Shown piece after piece: positions 51,221 through 60,844 of a stretch of DNA of 64,000 bases. The translations under genes and the position numbers were made by a program. Source of the DNA: Candidatus Latescibacterota bacterium (GTDB lineage Bacteria > Latescibacterota > CBDEFO01); NCBI GenBank assembly GCA_965237525.1, contig CBDEFO010000004.1, positions 416,001-480,000 of the forward strand. The letters run 5' to 3'. The notes beneath the pieces are model-generated. The model had not been told where the DNA came from. It saw nothing but the letters and a program-made list of their open reading frames with translations, and did not search any database. The first letter of the stretch is position 1; every line of letters begins with the position of its first letter.

Positions 51221-52330
51221 TTATCTTGTGAAAACCCTTGGGAGTCGAGTCCCGAGCGCTGAAACTACCTCGTGGGGGACGCTATTCATCCACTCTGCGA
51301 CATCCCAGGTGGTTATCTGATTTTCTTTCTGCCTACCCATAACTACGACTTCCTCCCCCAACTCAACCTGGGGAATGTCTGTTAGGTCTACGACGAACTG
51401 ATCCATGCAGACTCTCCCCAGGATCGGCGCAAACGTGCCTTTGACCAACACCTTTCCTCTGTTGCTATGCGCGCGGGAATAGCCGTCTCCATAGCCCAGT
51501 GGGACTATTCCTATCACGCTTTTCCTCTTTGTTACGAAGCTCCTGCCGTAGCTTATGTTTTGGCCCTTCGGCACACTCCTGATCTGCGTTATGCGCGCTT
51601 TAATGGTCATAGCGGGTCTCAAAGGAATATCGCACGACTCTGGAGTCGGCGGTATCCCGTAGATCAAAAGCCCGGGGCGGACCATGTCAAAGTGGGACTC
51701 AGGTAAGAAGGCTATGGCGGCGCTATTTGCTGTGTGTATCCATTTGGGAGCTATGCCTGCACAGGAGAGCTTCGAAAGAACATCGGAAAATTTACCAATC
51801 TGCTGCCTTGAAAAGCTCAGGTCGGGCTGGTCGGCACTCGGAAAATGCATCATCACGCCCTCTATCTCTATTCCGGGGTGAGCCGTAAGCTCTTGAGCGT
51901 AACTAAGGGCTTTATCCATAGTCACCCCGATTCTCCCCATCCCCGTGTCGATCTTTATGTGAACCTTAGCGGGGATATCTCTTTTTACCGCTTCCCTTGA
52001 GAGGAACTCCGCCGCTTCTATGTTCGTTACTACGTGAGAGATGTAATTATTTACTATATCCGGGGCTTGATCGGGGAGAGGACATCCCAAGGTGAGTATG
52101 GGGCCTTTTATACCGTTCTCTCTGAGCGCAAGCGCTTCGTCTAATATCGCCGCCCCGAGCATCGTCGCCCCTGCCTGGAGGGATGACCTGGAGATCTCTA
52201 TTAACCCGTGCCCGTAGCCGTTGGCTTTCGTTACAGCCATCACCTGGGTTTTATCCCCTACAACGCTTTTAATGCTCCTTATGTTCTGCTTTACGGCCTC
52301 AAGGTGCACCTCTATCCACGCGGGTCTCAC
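51221..52330 (-). CDS. alr: Alanine racemase
   Basis: KANGYGHG, KIDTGMGRIG, VRPG, GRVCMDQ. Confidence 0.95.
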   Translation of the reverse strand: MRPAWIEVHLEAVKQNIRSIKSVVGDKTQVMAVTKANGYGHGLIEISRSSLQAGATMLGAAILDEALALRENGIKGPILTLGCPLPDQAPDIVNNYISHVVTNIEAAEFLSREAVKRDIPAKVHIKIDTGMGRIGVTMDKALSYAQELTAHPGIEIEGVMMHFPSADQPDLSFSRQQIGKFSDVLSKLSCAGIAPKWIHTANSAAIAFLPESHFDMVRPGLLIYGIPPTPESCDIPLRPAMTIKARITQIRSVPKGQNISYGRSFVTKRKSVIGIVPLGYGDGYSRAHSNRGKVLVKGTFAPILGRVCMDQFVVDLTDIPQVELGEEVVVMGRQKENQITTWDVAEWMNSVPHEVVSALGTRLPRVFTR

Positions 52331-52360
52331 TATATTTCTCCATCTCCTCCCTGCCCTACC

Positions 52361-52572
52361 AAGTAGACAGCAGTTAGTAGACAGGGGGCACTTCCTCCCA
52401 CCCCTTGAGATTGCTTCGCTGTGCTCGCAATGACACAGGACGTGCTCGGAGTGACGGTGCTGGGCTTCGACCCTTAGTCATTGCGAGGGGTGACCCCTGA
52501 TTGAATCTATCGGGGGCCCGCAACAATGTCGTAGACCGGAGGGAACAGGGGGAGTCCCTGTTTGCTGTCTAC
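52361..52572. repeat. Composite repeat: AGTAGAC flanks, empty REP (52407-52433) and REP with 23-bp palindrome (52494-52516)
   Basis: gagattgcttcgctgtgctcgcaatgac; gtcattgcgaggggtga-CCCCTGATTGAATCTATCGGGGG-cccg. Confidence 0.85.
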
Positions 52573-52582
52573 CATTTTCGGG

Positions 52583-53389
52583 CTATTGCAGGCTGAACGC
52601 CTTGAAATCCCAAGCAAAGCCGGTAGTAATCTCCCATTCGGGGCTTTCTTCGGCCAATCCAACACTGACCATTACATCTAACCTGGGTCCCTTCTTACTC
52701 TTGAACTGAAGACCGGCGCGGACGGATAAGAGGTCATCGAACTGTGATCTCCCTTTTCTTGCGTATATCTCAGATAGGAAGCTGAGAGTCCCTTTCGACG
52801 GGTACATAAGCGACAGTCCAAAAGTGTAGACATCGTGCTGGGCGTTGTTCCTTGTCGGATTTCCGAGGATGCCTAACCCTAAGTCCAAAGAAGTGCGCAG
52901 CGAGCCGAAATTCTTGGTGATCGGGAACGATCCCATAAAGTCGTTTCCATCTGTGCCAATGCCGAACTCCTCTTCGGCGTTGGGTAGCTTCGTTCCGAAC
53001 CTGACTGCTACTGAGGGATAGGATCCTCGTTCTTTGAAGAGTCTCACCTTCGTGAAGAACGTCGCATCCCCGACGTCCTTGTCGTCCCCGATGATGTCGT
53101 CACTTTGTAAGACAGCGGAGGGAAAGGCAAGCTGTATTTCGACTATCTTTCCGACTCCGATATTTACTCCGAGGACGCCCAATCTGAGCTGGGTTCTTGA
53201 GTTAGCGTTCGTTCGGAAGTTGTAGCTTTTGCCCCAATACTCAAAGCCGATCTCCAGTTCCATTCTGCCCGGAGCCAGGAGTTCTGCGTTTTCTGTGATG
53301 AATTGCCTCTGTGCGTAGACGGATTCATAAGCTGTAAGGAAGATTATAAAGGTAAGAAAAAGAGGCACCATCCTTCGGCAAAGATCCAT
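52583..53389 (-). CDS. Putative outer-membrane beta-barrel ('transporter' family)
   Basis: Signal peptide; GD....KVRL...P....R..KLP...GIGT. Confidence 0.65.
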   Translation of the reverse strand: MDLCRRMVPLFLTFIIFLTAYESVYAQRQFITENAELLAPGRMELEIGFEYWGKSYNFRTNANSRTQLRLGVLGVNIGVGKIVEIQLAFPSAVLQSDDIIGDDKDVGDATFFTKVRLFKERGSYPSVAVRFGTKLPNAEEEFGIGTDGNDFMGSFPITKNFGSLRTSLDLGLGILGNPTRNNAQHDVYTFGLSLMYPSKGTLSFLSEIYARKGRSQFDDLLSVRAGLQFKSKKGPRLDVMVSVGLAEESPEWEITTGFAWDFKAFSLQ

Positions 53390-53408
53390 TTAATTCTCCG
53401 ATTTCAAT

Positions 53409-53930
53409 CTACTCCGTATATTCGTCCTGACCGAGTCCCACCTTCGTGAGCGCTGCTGCTGTCGGGATGGACACGGCGAGCCCCAATATCGCCTGAAAGG
53501 TGTTGCCGGGCAGTGCTCCCAAGGCGGCGCCCCACCCGAACAGCTGAGTTTCACATATAAAGTAGCCGGACAGCATCCAGGCTCCGCCCAGAAGGATTAT
53601 GGGAATAGCCATAAGGATGCCGGTTCTGTCCAGAAGCGACCTTCGAGTCATACTGAAAAGTTTTCCGACCAAAAGTCCCTCTATCCCCTTTATAAATAGC
53701 GTCATCGGCGCCCAGAGCAAGTATCCGCCCAAGAGGTCGGCTAAAGATGATCCCAGGCCCCCTGCTATAGCTCCAGTTTTTGCCCCGAACAGAAGGGCTG
53801 AGACGAACACCATCGAGTCGCCCAGATTTACATAGCCCTTGGTAGCTGGAGTAGGCACCTTTACGATCATGGTAGCCACAGCGGTCAGGGCAGTAAGCAG
53901 AGACAATCTGGCAAGTTCCCTTGTGGTCAT
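53409..53930 (-). CDS. ECF transporter S component
   Basis: P...GYVNLGD...G.....GGLGS.LADL.GGY..WAP.T..IKG.EG. Confidence 0.88.
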   Translation of the reverse strand: MTTRELARLSLLTALTAVATMIVKVPTPATKGYVNLGDSMVFVSALLFGAKTGAIAGGLGSSLADLLGGYLLWAPMTLFIKGIEGLLVGKLFSMTRRSLLDRTGILMAIPIILLGGAWMLSGYFICETQLFGWGAALGALPGNTFQAILGLAVSIPTAAALTKVGLGQDEYTE

Positions 53931-53943
53931 AGAACTCTCTAAC

Positions 53944-54117
53944 TTAGAAGTTGCCGGTCTTTTCCCTTATGTTCTTGACCGCTTTTTCCGCCTGATCTCC
54001 TCTGAGAACTATCTCCCCCAAGATGGGGCAGTATATCTTAACTATCGTCTGGGACTTGTCTCCGGGAAGCTTGCCCACCTGCTTTCTCTCTCTGATGATT
54101 CTCGGCGTACATTCCAC
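53944..54117 (-). CDS. Small hypothetical protein (57 aa), not in the ORF track
   Basis: AAGGAGGT RBS; MECTPRIIRERKQVGKLPGDKSQTIVKIYCPILGEIVLRGDQAEKAVKNIREKTGNF; fills an operon gap. Confidence 0.6.
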   Translation of the reverse strand: MECTPRIIRERKQVGKLPGDKSQTIVKIYCPILGEIVLRGDQAEKAVKNIREKTGNF

Positions 54118-54133
54118 AGCTTTTTACCTCCTT

Positions 54134-55321
54134 TTAGATGACTTTCTTCTTCTTTAAATCTGCTATCTTCTCGTCGCTCAAATCTGCAATGTTCTTTAAG
54201 ACCTCATCAGTATGCTCGCCCAGAAGTGGGGCAGAGTCGGTTATCTCCACTCTATCCTCTGAGAATTTCAAGGGAGATCCTGCAACCTTCAGCTTTCCGA
54301 TCTTCTTATGTTCTGACTCTAATATCATGCCCCTTGCCCTGACGTGTTCGTCCTCCACAACTTTGTCTATTGTATTTATAGGACCGCAGGGGACATTTGC
54401 CCGATGAAGCATCTCCTCCCACTCCAGAGAGGTCTTGGTTAGAAGACTTTGGGCTAGGATAGGTCGAAGTTCTTCATAGTTATCCGTCCTGTCGGCATTG
54501 GTTCGAAATCTCTTATCTTCAATTAAGTGTGGGAGTCCCAACACCTCGCAGAGCTTTGCCCACAACATATTATTGCCCGCAGCTATTACTATGTATCCGT
54601 CCTTGGTCTGGAGGAATTCAAAGGGCGTAATGGTCGGATGACGGGATCCTAGCGGTTTGGGCACTTCTCCATTTACAGAATAGCGAGCGATGGCATTCTC
54701 CAGAAGCGAGACCTGACAGTCCAGCATGGCTATATCTATGTGTTGTCCCACGCCCGTGAACTCTCTGGCGTAAAGAGCGGAGACTACACCTACCACAGCG
54801 TACATAGACGCTCCCAGGTCACCTATAGATGTGCCGACCCTGACGGGCGGATCTCCCTCTCTTCCAGTTAGACTGGCTATTCCCCCCATTCCCTGTATGA
54901 TGGCGTCGTAGGCGGGTCTCTCTGAGTAGGGACCCGTCTGTCCGAAGCCCGATATAGAGGTGTATATAAGTCTTGGATTTTCACCTTTTAGAGATTCGTA
55001 ATCGAGCCCAAACTTCTTCATCGTCCCCGGTGTGAAGTTCTCCACGAGCACATCGCACTTGCGGGCCAATTTCGCCAAAATTTCAGCGCCTTCCCTCTTT
55101 CTCATATCCAGGGTTACGCTCTTTTTGCCCCTATTTATACTGATGAAGTAGGTGCTCTCTTTGTCCTTGAAAGGACCTATGCCTCTTGCTTCATCTCCTG
55201 TCCTTGGAAGCTCAATTTTAATTACCTCGGCCCCCATGTCAGCCAAGATCATCGTGGCATAGGGCCCTGACAGGACTCTGCTCGTGTCTAAGACTCTCAC
55301 TCCTCTCAAGGGTCCAGTCAT
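54134..55321 (-). CDS. CaiB/BaiF family III CoA-transferase
   Basis: GP.RGVRVLD...SGPY....LADMGAEVIKIE; NRGKKS; ENF.PG; SISGFGQTGP. Confidence 0.93.
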   Translation of the reverse strand: MTGPLRGVRVLDTSRVLSGPYATMILADMGAEVIKIELPRTGDEARGIGPFKDKESTYFISINRGKKSVTLDMRKREGAEILAKLARKCDVLVENFTPGTMKKFGLDYESLKGENPRLIYTSISGFGQTGPYSERPAYDAIIQGMGGIASLTGREGDPPVRVGTSIGDLGASMYAVVGVVSALYAREFTGVGQHIDIAMLDCQVSLLENAIARYSVNGEVPKPLGSRHPTITPFEFLQTKDGYIVIAAGNNMLWAKLCEVLGLPHLIEDKRFRTNADRTDNYEELRPILAQSLLTKTSLEWEEMLHRANVPCGPINTIDKVVEDEHVRARGMILESEHKKIGKLKVAGSPLKFSEDRVEITDSAPLLGEHTDEVLKNIADLSDEKIADLKKKKVI

Positions 55322-55471
55322 CGTCTTTTGACTCCTAAAAGAATACCAAATTGGCAGAAAGTAAAGATCAGTAGGTAGCCAGAAACATAAGCCTAAATTA
55401 GACTGGAAGAGAGTCAAAGTCAAGCGGTTTGTTATAGGCTTATATAAATCTCAAAAATTAGCAAAAATACC

Positions 55472-55500
55472 TTGACAGACAGATATAGTTGTTTTATGCT
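55472..55500 (+). promoter_or_regulatory. Sigma70-type promoter of dtxR copy 1
   Basis: TTGACA-17 nt-TATGCT. Confidence 0.65.
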
Positions 55501-55566
55501 TATGTCAGATGTTTTAATATTAAATTATTTGATAACCATGCCAAACTAATTCGGGAAGTGATAAAA

Positions 55567-56088
55567 ATGTTAGAAGAGGTTTGGAAGAGCTTTGACGAGA
55601 ACAATATCACTCACAGCGTGGCGCATCATCTGATGTCAATCTTGGAACTGACTCAGGACCACGGATACGCCCGTGTATCTGATATTGCCAGGAATTTAGA
55701 CATAACCAGGGGAAGTGTATCTATTACTCTCAGGCCACTTAAGACGAGAGGATATATCCTTCAAGACAGTAACAAATTCCTCCAACTTTCGCCTGAAGGG
55801 GAGGATCTTGCACAGGCTATCCAGTCCAAGAGAAAGATATTCATAAAATTCTTCAATGAAGTGCTCAAAGTAAGCCCCATGCAGGCGGAGATAGACGCCT
55901 GCAAGGTGGAACACTTGATCAGCGACCAAACGGCTGAAAAGCTTCTGAGCTTCTTACGATTTCTCTTTCAGGATAATGAAGAGACTCATGCACTCCTGGC
56001 TGCGTTTGAAAAACACCAAGACGGATGTACCGATTTGGAGCAATGTTCAGTCAGCGATGAGGGCGAATGCCTTATGCATAAGTCCTAA
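55567..56088 (+). CDS. DtxR/MntR family metal-dependent repressor
   Basis: ARVSDIA..L.IT..SV; AEIDACKVEHLIS; Cys-rich tail. Confidence 0.9.
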   Translation: MLEEVWKSFDENNITHSVAHHLMSILELTQDHGYARVSDIARNLDITRGSVSITLRPLKTRGYILQDSNKFLQLSPEGEDLAQAIQSKRKIFIKFFNEVLKVSPMQAEIDACKVEHLISDQTAEKLLSFLRFLFQDNEETHALLAAFEKHQDGCTDLEQCSVSDEGECLMHKS

Positions 56089-56351
56089 GAGAGTTCCAAT
56101 CCAAAGAATGCCATTCGGTGTTATCTTAAATTGAATTTTCCCCCCGTTGTGATCAACCGTAAACTATATAACAAGAGATGATTATTCTCTCTTACGGTGA
56201 TTTTGATGCCAAAAATGATAAAAATGGAATCGTTTGCAAGAATCTCTCTTTTTTGTTGCTAAGTACAAGAAATTACGAAGTGTTGTAGGACCTGTGATAC
56301 AGGTATGGCTCCTTGCGAATGCTAACGCTTCATCAATTTGGTCATTTTTCC

Positions 56352-56411
56352 TTGACAAACCGGCGATTCCTGTGTATATTTGGTAAACAGAAAAAAACGG
56401 TGTCTTTTCTG
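56352..56411 (+). promoter_or_regulatory. Sigma70-type promoter with downstream inverted repeat (possible Rrf2 operator)
   Basis: TTGACA-17-TATATT; CAGAAAA-N10-TTTTCTG at 56388-56411. Confidence 0.55.
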
Positions 56412-56439
56412 ATTTAAAATAGCAATTACCTGAAACCTT

Positions 56440-57495
56440 ATGAAACTATCCCACTCAGCACTCTACGCTATCCAGGGTGTCCTTTATCTGGCCCAGAATA
56501 AGGATCGCGACCTGATAACGACCCACGAGATCAGCGAAAGCTACAACATTTCTGAGATTCACCTGGCAAAGATGTTCCAAGTCCTTGCCCGAAGGGGCCT
56601 TTTGCGTTCCAGCCGTGGTCGATCGGGAGGATTCGGACTGGCCCGTCCGCCGAACCAGATCACCATGCTGGAGGTCATCGAGGCGGTGGAGGGATCATTT
56701 GTCAACTATGCTCAGATGACCTGTTCCGATCAGTTCCATTGTGAGAAAGACCAAAGTTCGAGACAGATGGAAACTTCCGATGCCTTTGAGGAGCCGACGG
56801 CGGAGTGCCAGCCCTTTGGCTCTCTGACGGTAGGTGACTGTGCCGGGACGCCGTCGGTCACCACCCTTTTGATAAAGGGTCAACAGAAGATGCTTGACAC
56901 CTGGCGGCAGTCGACCTTCGACCGGCTGGTCGAGCTAGACTCGAGCCTGCGCACCGAATCGCGGCGCCGTGCGGAGAACCGATCGCACATCGGACGGATC
57001 TTTGACCTCGCTATTCAGGTTGAGCTGAAGGCATCGTCCATCTACCTTGCCCTGCACACGCAGTTCTGGCAGAACCCAGAGCTTGCCTACATCTGGTATA
57101 ACCTTTCTCTGGAGGAGAAGGGACACGCCAGTTGGTTGGAGATGGAGCGTAACCTGTTCCATGATCAATCACCCAACGTGGCGGTGGAGGAGCCTCCCCA
57201 GGGGTATTCGGAGGACCAGCTTCAGCACCTTCTGAACAAGCTAGCGCGCATCCAGGACGAAGTCAACCGGGGGGAGGTATCCAAGCCGCGCAGCTTCGAG
57301 ATCTTTCAGGAGATCGAGTCGGACATTTCTGAGAAGAACTACCCAAGAGTGCTTACTGGCTATGACGAGGTGATAGGTACTCTGCTGAAGAGTCCATTTG
57401 TGGAGGAGTCGCAGTTCCATTGTCTGATGGAGCAGCATGCTCAGGAGCTTGCCAGTGAGTCCGATGTGTCCGTGCCCAAGGAGCGTAACGCGTAA
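56440..57495 (+). CDS. Rrf2 family regulator fused to a ferritin/rubrerythrin-like domain
   Basis: S.RG..GGF.LARP..IT..EVIEAVEG; 4 Cys; AIQVE.....IY...LSLEEKGHA. Confidence 0.8.
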   Translation: MKLSHSALYAIQGVLYLAQNKDRDLITTHEISESYNISEIHLAKMFQVLARRGLLRSSRGRSGGFGLARPPNQITMLEVIEAVEGSFVNYAQMTCSDQFHCEKDQSSRQMETSDAFEEPTAECQPFGSLTVGDCAGTPSVTTLLIKGQQKMLDTWRQSTFDRLVELDSSLRTESRRRAENRSHIGRIFDLAIQVELKASSIYLALHTQFWQNPELAYIWYNLSLEEKGHASWLEMERNLFHDQSPNVAVEEPPQGYSEDQLQHLLNKLARIQDEVNRGEVSKPRSFEIFQEIESDISEKNYPRVLTGYDEVIGTLLKSPFVEESQFHCLMEQHAQELASESDVSVPKERNA

Positions 57496-57723
57496 TTGAT
57501 ATGAAGCCAGTTCGAGACCTCCGGGTAGCGGATTCTGGAATTCGTCATGAAGGATATGAGCCTCAACGGTTGCCATCTTTTCCTTTTGTCATCTGGATTG
57601 GCAGCCCCAAACAGTTGGTCAGCTTCTGCCAAGCCAAAAGAGTTTGATTAGTGTGTCCAAAAAACAGAAAAACAGGGTGATAATTCTGCTTAAACACCCT
57701 GCTAATTGCAAGGAGTGTTAAAG

Positions 57724-58140
57724 ATCCCGAGGCCTTTGTGATTGGCTTAAGAGAGGGCGTTGAGATCGCGCTCGTTATCGGCATTATCCTGGTGATGATC
57801 AAGCGCACATCGCGCCGTGATCTGGCGCCTTCGGTATTCTGGGGGTTAGGTTCGGCGATTCTTGCCAGTATCGGTGCGGTCATAGCACTTAATGTCCTGC
57901 CTATCAATGAAGAGGCTTACGAAGGTGCAATGTACTGGGTCTCGGCTCTCTTTGTCGCCTCGATGATGTGTTGGATGCACAGTAAATCAAGGACGCTTCG
58001 TTTGGATATCGAAGCAAGGGTCGAGCAGCTGGCAGGGGGTAAGAAAGAGGCATGGGCTCTGGGGGCATTCGTGTTCCTCATGGCATTTCCCGAAGGCGCA
58101 GAGCTATTGTCTTCACCGGGGTCCTGAACTGGTTCGATTG
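57724..58140 (+). pseudogene. FTR1/EfeU iron permease remnant
   Basis: LREGVE; second REG.E motif degraded (FPEGAE) then frameshift/truncation; no proper start. Confidence 0.8.
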
Positions 58141-58286
58141 ATGGCTTATGTCCGGGAGATCATTCTGTTTACTGGTGTACGATAATCTGCTCTATAAGGA
58201 ACAGAACGTTGAAAGGTAGCTAAAGAGATCCTGACGCCTAAAAGAAAACGGATGGCCCTATCAAACCGATTCGGGAAGCGATCAAC

Positions 58287-58817
58287 ATGTTAGAAGGGGT
58301 CTGGAAAAGCTTCAACAAGAACAAGATCACCCGCAGCGCGGTGCATCATCTAATGTCAATTATGGAACTGACTTAGGAGCATGGATACGCCCGCGTATCA
58401 GACATTGCCAGGAATTTAGACATCACAAGGGGGAGTGTATCAGTTACTCTCAGACCACTAAAGGAGAGGGGATACATACTTGAAGACCGAAATAAATTCC
58501 TTCTCCTTTCGTCTGAGGGGGAGGGGATCGCGCAGGCTGTTCGGTCCAAAAGAAAGATATTAATAAAATTCTTCAATGAGGTGCTAAAAGTGGACCCGAT
58601 GCAGGCGGAGATAGATGCCTGCAAGGTGGAACATCTGATCAGCAGTCAAACGGCTGAGAAACTTCTGAGCTTTTTACAATTTCTATTTGACAGGAACAAG
58701 GAGACTCAGGCATTTTTGGATGTGTTTTTAAAGCGTAAAGAACGCAAAGATATATGTGCTGATTTAGATCAATGTCCAGTGTGTGACGGGGGTGAATGTC
58801 TTATGCAACAGTTCTAA
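58287..58817 (+). pseudogene. Second DtxR/MntR copy with an in-frame TAG at codon 30
   Basis: Aligns over its full length with 55567-56088; TAG 58374-58376 corresponds to CAG 55654-55656. Confidence 0.88.
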
Positions 58818-59026
58818 TGAAGTTCTAATCGCAGCCGACGCTTACCATTCATCTTTTACAAGATCAGATGTGACTAAAATTAAACAACCAAGCAAAGGCA
58901 ACTCAACCACAAGAACTTAACCCATTTTATTATAAGCGTCCTTTTAATCGCCTTTCAGCAAAGTTAATTTGTCATTTCTTGATAATAAGTCTTAATAACA
59001 ACAAAAACAGAAAGGAGGTCATCAAA

Positions 59027-60187
59027 ATGCTTTTAACAAGGCCTGTGGTATTGGCAGTATTATGCATCTTGGTTACTTACAGTGGCTTGACGTGGGCGGA
59101 GGAAGTTGAAAAGGAGCGTCCAACATTGCCGGGAGGGATGTACGACAAACCCTATATACGGCGAGCCGGAAGGGGTGCTCTCCTGGGAGGATACATGGAC
59201 CACGAGTTCGAGTGGGCGGAAGACGGGGATAAGACCTTCGATCAGCACAGATTTATCCCCTTTATCTATTCGGAGATCACAGACCGCATCCACGTATCTA
59301 CAGAGATAGAGTACGAGCACGGAGGATTGGTAAAGGGAAAAGGGGAGACGGACGGCGAGATAAAGTTGGAGTTTGCCTCTTTCGACTTTCTGATAGACGA
59401 ATGGTTGAACTTCCGCGGCGGAGTCATATTGTCCCCGCTTGGGAAATTTAATCTCATACACGACAGCCCAATAAACGATCTTACGGACAGACCTATGGTT
59501 GACATAGATATTATTCCCACGACCTTGTCTGAAGCAGGCATTGGATTCTATGGGACGCTCTATCCGACTGAGCTTTCACTCTTGGGCTATGAGATATATG
59601 TGGTGAACGGCTTCAATAACGGGATTATAAGGGACGGTGATATCAGGACCAGGAGCGGAAGAGGGAGTCAAAAAAACGATAATAACGAGGATAAGGCGAT
59701 TGCAGCAAGAGTGAATTTCAGTCCGAAATTGGGCATAGATTTGGGAGCATCTGTTCATACGGGGGATTACGACGACGAGGGCAAACACAATCTGACGATT
59801 TTCGCTCTGGACGGCGCATATACCAGAGGTGCCTTAGACCTTCTAGTTGAGTATGTAAGAGCGGAGATAGATATAGACAAGGCTGACTTACCGAACGCCG
59901 CAGAGTCTCAGCTGGGCTATTACCTTCAGGGAAGCTATCATTTTCTACACGACGTAATCCTGCCCGGCTCTGTATCTACAGGCGTGGTCAGATGGGACTC
60001 CGTAGATTTCGATGCGGATATAGAGGGCGATGATGAGGAACGACTGACCTTGGGCTTAAATTTTAGACCTGTGGAAGATTCTGTCTTCAAGATAGACTGG
60101 CAGTTCAATTGGGAGAGGGGCGAAAATATTAGCACTCGGAGCGAGCCGAAGAACCGCTTCTTTTTCTCGATAGCTTCCTATTTTTAG
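59027..60187 (+). CDS. Outer-membrane porin-like beta-barrel
   Basis: AAGGAGGT RBS; signal peptide; EIEYEHG, LEFA..D, G.FN..H; terminal SYF. Confidence 0.8.
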   Translation: MLLTRPVVLAVLCILVTYSGLTWAEEVEKERPTLPGGMYDKPYIRRAGRGALLGGYMDHEFEWAEDGDKTFDQHRFIPFIYSEITDRIHVSTEIEYEHGGLVKGKGETDGEIKLEFASFDFLIDEWLNFRGGVILSPLGKFNLIHDSPINDLTDRPMVDIDIIPTTLSEAGIGFYGTLYPTELSLLGYEIYVVNGFNNGIIRDGDIRTRSGRGSQKNDNNEDKAIAARVNFSPKLGIDLGASVHTGDYDDEGKHNLTIFALDGAYTRGALDLLVEYVRAEIDIDKADLPNAAESQLGYYLQGSYHFLHDVILPGSVSTGVVRWDSVDFDADIEGDDEERLTLGLNFRPVEDSVFKIDWQFNWERGENISTRSEPKNRFFFSIASYF

Positions 60188-60193
60188 ACAAAA

Positions 60194-60844
60194 ATGGAGG
60201 AGATCAGAATCTGTAAGCAATGTCATTGTGAGCGAAGAGAGGCAATCAGAATTTTCCTGTGCGTTGTGATATTGAGCTTTCCATGGGGATCAGTTTACGC
60301 TCAACGGGAAGAGAGACCGAGCCAGGAGGAGATAGGTTCTATCCAGGTCTATCTGACCGAGGAGGAGGCTTTAAGTAAGATGTTTGCGAACGCCGACAGC
60401 GTCTCCCTCGAAGAACATATTTTGAGCGATGAGGAGAAGAAGGAGATAGAGGGACGTTTGGGATGGAGATTGGAACAGAACCGGTTCAAGGTCTCAATCG
60501 GATGGAGCAAAGGGAAGGTCGCCGGCTATGCGATGATAGCGAACCAGATAGGTATGTACAGACCCATCACCTTTATAGTCAAGGTCGACCCCGAAGGGAA
60601 AATAGCGAATATGGCTATTATGGTGTATAGAGAATCGAGGGGAGGAGAAGTTAAAAGAAAGCGTTTTTTGCACCAATTTTTCGGAAAAAGTTCGCAAAGC
60701 AAAATCAGAATGAACAGGGATATTATCAATATCACAGGGGCTACTCTATCTGTTAGGGCTGTGATCGCTGGCACCAAGAGGGTCTTGACCCTGATAGACG
60801 AACTCTATCTGAGGGAGGGAAATGGCGCAAGTAAGAATAGATAA
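60194..60844 (+). CDS. Exported FMN-binding domain protein
   Basis: YRESRGGEV; flavinylation motif NITGATLS. Confidence 0.85.
   Translation: MEEIRICKQCHCERREAIRIFLCVVILSFPWGSVYAQREERPSQEEIGSIQVYLTEEEALSKMFANADSVSLEEHILSDEEKKEIEGRLGWRLEQNRFKVSIGWSKGKVAGYAMIANQIGMYRPITFIVKVDPEGKIANMAIMVYRESRGGEVKRKRFLHQFFGKSSQSKIRMNRDIINITGATLSVRAVIAGTKRVLTLIDELYLREGNGASKNR

Noticed and set aside
58981..58999. Fur-box-like sequence before the porin
   Set aside because: Only 12/19 match in AT-rich DNA; not distinguishable from chance
60185..60196. TAG read-through fusing the porin to the FMN-binding protein (also fabH TAG-ATG fabD)
   Set aside because: The porin ends in a typical terminal Phe, the next gene has its own signal peptide, and fabH/fabD are complete separate enzymes; TAG is a true stop here
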